Shown in pieces: positions 58,720 through 64,000 of a stretch of 64,000 nucleotides of DNA. Below the pieces are notes generated by a model, which had not been told where the DNA came from, searched no databases, and worked only from the letters and a program-made list of their open reading frames with translations. Every line of letters starts with the position of its first letter. Within the stretch, counting starts at the first letter, position 1. The translations under genes and the position numbers were made by a program. Source of the stretch: Candidatus Hydrogenedentota bacterium (GTDB taxonomy: Bacteria > Hydrogenedentota > Hydrogenedentia > Hydrogenedentales > SLHB01); NCBI GenBank assembly GCA_963668025.2, contig CAXXTH010000017.1, forward strand, positions 480,001 to 544,000, written 5' to 3'.

Positions 58720-61700
58720 ATGTCTATAGAACGCCAAAAGACCAAGGCGGAATTAATAAAAGAGCTGGAAGCTCTTCGGCTGGAAAATGCCGAGTTGCGC
58801 GAGGCAGTGGCTCGTCCCACTCCCGCGGCGGAGGCATGGCGTAAAAGCGAAAGCCGGTTACGTGCGGTTTTCGACAACACTCCCATCTTTTTAGTGGTGG
58901 CGGACACAGCCGGCCATTTGGTTTATGCGAATCGTTATACGGTGCATTCGCTAGGATATCCTCTGGAAGAATTACTCGGCCTGGGCATCACGGACATTAT
59001 CCACGAAGAAGATCGGGAAGCAGTCCAAGACGCATTCCAGCGCGCCTTGCGGGGTGAAATCGCGGATTACCGCCTTGAGGAGCGGTTTGTCCGAAAAGAT
59101 GGCAGCTATTTCTGGGGCCTTCTTACCGGAACCTCGATATGCAATGAAGCCGGTGAAACCGTGTTGATAGCCGGATATGTGGCGGACATCACCGAACACC
59201 GCCGCATGGAATGGGCGCATCGCGACGCGGAGGGGCGGTTCCGCGCCTTATTCATGAACGCGCCGGTTTGTTTGCTCGAAGAAGATTTTAGCGCCGTACT
59301 GGACTGGTTCGCCACGCTTCGCGCCGATGGAGTGGATGCGTTGGAAGATTATCTGGGAGAGCATCCCGAAGCGGTGCGCCTTGCCGCTTCCATGGTGCGC
59401 ATCACCGACGCCAATGAAGCCACCAGGCGGCTATTCGAAGCAGATAGCCGCGAAGAGATACTCGGCCTGCTCGGTGATCATATGGAAGACGGATTTGATG
59501 CGTGTTTTGTAAATGAACTGCAAGCATTATGGGATGGGCGCATCCAGATCAACACCTCCTTTCACGGTAAAACCCGTAAAGGCGCTCCTATAGACTATGT
59601 GGTCATTTGGACGGCATTGACCAGTGAAGGCCGTCCGGATTTTTCACGTGTCATAGTGGCGATTCTAGACATATCCCAGCAACAGCGCATGGAGAACGCG
59701 TTGCGGGCAAGCCAGGAACGCTACCAGCACCTGCTGGAATCCATCAATGGCGTCATTTGGGAAATAGACCTGAACACGATGAAGGCCACTTATGTAAGCC
59801 CAAAAATCAAGGAAATCCTGGGCTTCACATGGGAAGAGTGCCAGGCGCTTGCTCATGAGCCGAAAAACGGCCTGTTCCCTGATGGACCTGAAACCGTGCT
59901 CGAAGCCATGAAACAAGCGTGCGAAAAAGGGCGTTCTTCCGAGATTGACTACCGCATGAGGACAGCCGATGGGCGTATCGTTTGGATACGCAACCACATA
60001 AGCCAGATAGATTGCACCCAGACTCCCCCCCTCGCCCATGGCATAATGACCGATGTCACTGATCGCAAATATATTGAAGACGCCTTACTGGAAAGTGAAG
60101 CGCAATATCGCAGCCTATTCGAGACTATGAGCCAGGGCGTCCTGTACCGTTCCGCCACGGGAGAACTCATTACGGCCAATCCCGCCGCCGTCGAATTCTT
60201 TGGCTTGACGAAAACGGAATTGTGTGAACATGCGTCCCTGGACCCCAAATGGATTTCCATCCATGAAGACGGTTCCGCGTTTTCACCCAATGAAATTCCG
60301 GGTATTGCCGCGCTCGAAACCGGCCAGCCCGTGCGCCATGTCGTCATCGGAATGTATAATCCCCGCGAACAACGCCATCACTGGGCGCTCGCCAGCGCAT
60401 TTCCCCAGTTCCGCCCAGGAGAAGACGCGCCATACCAAGCGTTCACGGTCTTCACCGATATTACCAAACTCAAACAAACGGAAGACGCCTTGCACGAAAG
60501 CCGTCGTAAACTCGAAACGCTGCTGGCGAATCTGCCCGGCCTCGCATACCGATGCCGGATCGACACGGAATGGACCATGGAGTTCGTGAGTGAGGGATGC
60601 CGGGCGCTGACGGGATATGAAGTGTCTGATTTATTAGGCAATCATACGGTGGCGTACAACGATATCATCCACCCAGATGATCGCGAATTCGTCCGGAATG
60701 AAACATTGCGGGCCGTGCAAGCCCAGGAGCCTTTCCTCTTGATGTATCGAATTCGCACGGCTCAAGGCGAAATCAAACAGGTATTTGAACGCGGCATCGC
60801 GGTCGGCGATGTCCCGAACAGGCCGGACGCGCTCGAAGGCTTTATTTCGGACATCAGCGAGCGCATGCAAGCGGAAGAAGACCGGCTCCAGCGGGAAAAG
60901 GAAGCGCACCAGTTCAGCGAACTGCTCAAGGCGCTGCTCGATGTAGGCAATACGCTCACCCGGGCCGCCTCCATGGATGACTTATGCCGGCAAGCCGTTG
61001 AATTGGGCCGGGAACGCCTCGGGTTCGACCGGCTGGCGATTTGGTTCTGGAATCCGCGAAGCCAGCGCTTGTCCGGCTCGTACGGCACGGATGCATACGG
61101 CCAGACGCGCGATGAACGTATGTGCTGGATAGCCGCCGATGGAAACGGCGTGCTGCAAAACCAAGACGGCAAAACGCTCCGAAGCCCCGGCCCCACTTCC
61201 ATTATCGAGCATCTGCGCTCACATACGGTGTACCGGTATCCCTTCTCCACGGATCTCCACCTCATTGAAGATGGCGGCGGCTTAGCCAAGCCTTGCTATG
61301 CCGGGCTTTGGAACGGCGAAGACATCATTGGCCTGCTTGCCATGGATAATGCCCTCTCCGGCGAGCCCATCACGAAAAATAACCTCCAGATTCTCGCCTT
61401 ATTCGCCTCCACTATTGGCCATCTATGCGCCCGCAAGCAAATCGAAGAGGAGCGCGAGAACCTCGAGGCGCAAGTGCGCCATGCCCAAAAACTCGAGAGC
61501 CTGGGCGTGTTAGCGGGCGGCATTGCCCATGATTTCAATAACTTGCTCATGGCGGTCTTGGGATATTCCGACCTTGCGCTCCAAGATATCCCCGCCGGTT
61601 CGGCAATCCGCCCGTATCTTGAAGAAATCGAGAAAGGCGCCAAGCGGGGCGCCGAACTCTCGACCTCGATGCTGGCTTATTCCGGGAAAGGCGCGGTCTC

Positions 61701-62658
61701 GAAAGACTGGTTGGATTTGAATGCGCTTATTATCGAAATGGGACACCTTCTCGAACACTCGGTATCCAAAAAAGCCCGCTTGCACTACCGGCTCGCCAGC
61801 ACGCTGCCGCAAATCCTGGCCGACCCATCGCAAATCCGCCAAGTGGTCATGAACCTCATCATCAACGCCTCCGAAGCCATCGGCGAAGCAGAAGGCTTCA
61901 TCAACATCGCCACGGGGGCCATGCCATGCAAACCGGAAGACCTCGCTTCCATATACGCCACGGACCCGCTGCCTGCGGGAATGTATGCCTATCTGGATGT
62001 ATCCGACACGGGATGCGGCATGGCGAAAGAAGCACAAGACCGCTTGTTTGATCCCTTTTACACCACTAAATTCACCGGGCGCGGCCTAGGGCTTTCCGCT
62101 GTGCTCGGCATTGTCCGGGGCCATGGCGGCGCTATCCACCTGCGTAGCGCCGTAGGCGCAGGCACGACATTCCGGATCTATTTCCCCGCTTCACAGCCAG
62201 CCCGGATAAACACCTGGGAACACCTAACGGCTCAAGAGACGCCTTGGAGATGCGAGGGCCTCGTGCTGCTGGTGGACGATGATGAAACCGTGCGGAATAT
62301 CGGGAAACGCATGCTCGAACGGACGGGGCTAACGGTCCTTACCGCCGCGGATGGAATAGAGGCCATCCAGATCTTCCGCGAGCACGCCCGTGAAATCCGC
62401 TGCGTCATTCTTGATCTGTCCATGCCCCGCATGGACGGCGAGGAAACCCTTCATGCACTAATGACTATTCACCCCGGAGTGCCCGTGATCATGTCAAGCG
62501 GATATGGAGAAGAAGAGATTTTCCAGCGCTTGAAGGGCCGCCATGTGGCCGAAATCATCAATAAACCCTACACCAGCGATATGCTATATCAAAAAATCCG
62601 CATGCTCCTGGAGCCCGAGTCATTCCAGGGCATCCCGCCTCATTCCTTTACGGAATAA
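58720..62658 (+). CDS. Multi-PAS/GAF hybrid histidine kinase with receiver domain
   Basis: About five PAS, GAF-like segment, LAGGIAHDFNN, YTTKFTGRGLGL, LLVDDD...LDLSMP. Confidence 0.92.
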   Translation: MSIERQKTKAELIKELEALRLENAELREAVARPTPAAEAWRKSESRLRAVFDNTPIFLVVADTAGHLVYANRYTVHSLGYPLEELLGLGITDIIHEEDREAVQDAFQRALRGEIADYRLEERFVRKDGSYFWGLLTGTSICNEAGETVLIAGYVADITEHRRMEWAHRDAEGRFRALFMNAPVCLLEEDFSAVLDWFATLRADGVDALEDYLGEHPEAVRLAASMVRITDANEATRRLFEADSREEILGLLGDHMEDGFDACFVNELQALWDGRIQINTSFHGKTRKGAPIDYVVIWTALTSEGRPDFSRVIVAILDISQQQRMENALRASQERYQHLLESINGVIWEIDLNTMKATYVSPKIKEILGFTWEECQALAHEPKNGLFPDGPETVLEAMKQACEKGRSSEIDYRMRTADGRIVWIRNHISQIDCTQTPPLAHGIMTDVTDRKYIEDALLESEAQYRSLFETMSQGVLYRSATGELITANPAAVEFFGLTKTELCEHASLDPKWISIHEDGSAFSPNEIPGIAALETGQPVRHVVIGMYNPREQRHHWALASAFPQFRPGEDAPYQAFTVFTDITKLKQTEDALHESRRKLETLLANLPGLAYRCRIDTEWTMEFVSEGCRALTGYEVSDLLGNHTVAYNDIIHPDDREFVRNETLRAVQAQEPFLLMYRIRTAQGEIKQVFERGIAVGDVPNRPDALEGFISDISERMQAEEDRLQREKEAHQFSELLKALLDVGNTLTRAASMDDLCRQAVELGRERLGFDRLAIWFWNPRSQRLSGSYGTDAYGQTRDERMCWIAADGNGVLQNQDGKTLRSPGPTSIIEHLRSHTVYRYPFSTDLHLIEDGGGLAKPCYAGLWNGEDIIGLLAMDNALSGEPITKNNLQILALFASTIGHLCARKQIEEERENLEAQVRHAQKLESLGVLAGGIAHDFNNLLMAVLGYSDLALQDIPAGSAIRPYLEEIEKGAKRGAELSTSMLAYSGKGAVSKDWLDLNALIIEMGHLLEHSVSKKARLHYRLASTLPQILADPSQIRQVVMNLIINASEAIGEAEGFINIATGAMPCKPEDLASIYATDPLPAGMYAYLDVSDTGCGMAKEAQDRLFDPFYTTKFTGRGLGLSAVLGIVRGHGGAIHLRSAVGAGTTFRIYFPASQPARINTWEHLTAQETPWRCEGLVLLVDDDETVRNIGKRMLERTGLTVLTAADGIEAIQIFREHAREIRCVILDLSMPRMDGEETLHALMTIHPGVPVIMSSGYGEEEIFQRLKGRHVAEIINKPYTSDMLYQKIRMLLEPESFQGIPPHSFTE

Positions 62659-62726
62659 ACTTGAATATAGGGCTCCTCTCGTGTTGAATGCCTATGTCGA
62701 GCAGAACTAGATGGAGTGTTTATCTT

Positions 62727-63674
62727 ATGCGTGCGCTCGTATTTGACAATACGCCGGAGATTCGAGACATTCCCATTCCGCAGCCTGCTGAAGGCGAGGC
62801 GCTGATACGAGTCCTTCTGGCGGGAGTATGCAACACCGACCTCGAAATCCTAAAAGGCTACATGGATTTTCACGGCGTGCCTGGGCACGAATTCGTGGGC
62901 ATTGTCGAGAAGGCTTCCAATGCAAGCCTTCTTGGACAGCGGGTGGTGGGAGAGATTAACTGCGTGTGTGGACATTGCCGCTTCTGCCAAATGGAAATAC
63001 CCCACCATTGCGCGGAACGCACGACACTTGGCATTTTCCGGCGCGACGGCGCTTTCGCGGAATACCTGGCCTTGCCGGAAGCGAACCTCCATATCATCCC
63101 AGAAGGGCTCTCAGACGAACAGGCCGTTTTCGCGGAACCCCTCGCCGCCGCCTTTCGCATCCCAGAACAAATTGACATATCCGCCCATGACCGCGCCATT
63201 GTCCTTGGCGATGGCAAGCTGGGCTTGCTCGCCTCCCAAGTGGTATGGCTATCCACAAAAAATCTGGTGTGCGTGGGCAAGCACAGTTGGAAGCTGCAAA
63301 TGCTAAAGGAGCAAGGCATCCCCATCGCTCATACGGGCGACGCCATCGAGCCCGGCGCGGATATTGTCGTGGAAGCCACGGGAGCGCCTTCTGGGCTGAA
63401 TCAAGCGGTGGCGTTGGTGCGCCCGGAGGGAACAGTTGTCCTAAAGACAACCGTTGCAAGCGCATCGAATGTAAATTTGAGCTTGCCTGTCGTGAATGAA
63501 GTGCGCATTATCGGTTCGCGCTGCGGCCCATTCCGCCCCGCGCTGCAAGCGCTGGCCCAGGGCGCGATTGAAGTCCGCCCCATGATTTCCGCCGAATATC
63601 CTCTGGAAGACGCGGTGGCCGCGCTGCACCGCGCCGCTGAACACAGCGTGCTTAAAGTGTTGATACGCATGTAA
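62727..63674 (+). CDS. Zinc-dependent alcohol dehydrogenase (MDR family)
   Basis: GVCNTD, GHEFVG, CGHCRFC...C, GDGKLG, GSRCG. Confidence 0.9.
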   Translation: MRALVFDNTPEIRDIPIPQPAEGEALIRVLLAGVCNTDLEILKGYMDFHGVPGHEFVGIVEKASNASLLGQRVVGEINCVCGHCRFCQMEIPHHCAERTTLGIFRRDGAFAEYLALPEANLHIIPEGLSDEQAVFAEPLAAAFRIPEQIDISAHDRAIVLGDGKLGLLASQVVWLSTKNLVCVGKHSWKLQMLKEQGIPIAHTGDAIEPGADIVVEATGAPSGLNQAVALVRPEGTVVLKTTVASASNVNLSLPVVNEVRIIGSRCGPFRPALQALAQGAIEVRPMISAEYPLEDAVAALHRAAEHSVLKVLIRM

Positions 63675-63738
63675 CCGCCATGCGCCGCACGCCAGGCGCT
63701 GGGCTTGGCTGCGGGCAGGGGCATTGGGAGGTTTCGCC

Positions 63739-64000
63739 ATGAAGGTAGGTATGCTGACCGTTCCATTCCAAGACACGCCGCTTGAAGAAGTGCTCGATTT
63801 CGCGGAGGAGGCGGCCATCCCATGCCTCGAAATATACGCGAATCCGGGAAGCAATCATATCGACCCCGCCACCGCATCAGCCGCCACCCTTAAGGCCATG
63901 CGCAAGGCCGTCGAAGAACGCCAGCTTACGATCACCAGCCTCGCCTACTACACCATGAGCCTGGCGGAGCCGAAAGAAACGAAGAATGTGCAAGCCCACG
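63739..64000 (+). CDS. Sugar phosphate isomerase/epimerase (TIM barrel), partial at window edge
   Basis: Own translation MKVGMLTVPFQDTPLEEVLDFAEEAAIPCLEI...; GGGAGG RBS. Confidence 0.7.
   Translation, partial: MKVGMLTVPFQDTPLEEVLDFAEEAAIPCLEIYANPGSNHIDPATASAATLKAMRKAVEERQLTITSLAYYTMSLAEPKETKNVQAH

Overview
GC-rich bacterial chromosomal window from a flagellated, LPS-making organism. It encodes tandem TMTC-like GT-C/TPR proteins, nikR, a DnaA-type ATPase fused to a long coiled coil, HU, fliD-fliS, mtlD, ispE, a UbiB kinase, a flgFGAHIJ-flgN-flgL cluster, ispG, a MoxR-Bat operon, two hybrid histidine kinases and LPS enzymes. Accessory DNA comprises a complete IS1182/IS5-like element with a frameshifted transposase, an ISKra4 element truncating a DUF4041/T5orf172 gene, and an AT-rich ABC-ATPase + PIN gene pair (candidate defence/TA module). 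The most striking signal is non-coding. A lone GxxExxY (PD-(D/E)XK-like) gene sits between flgH and flgI, flanked by two ~140-bp hairpin repeats whose ends are swapped like attL/attR hybrids. Gene-less hairpins with the same periodic-arm architecture occur in many intergenic regions, often nested in or around three MITE families with visible TIRs and target-site duplications. No rRNA, tRNA or CRISPR array was recognised. Family assignments come from motif recognition by eye, not database searches.
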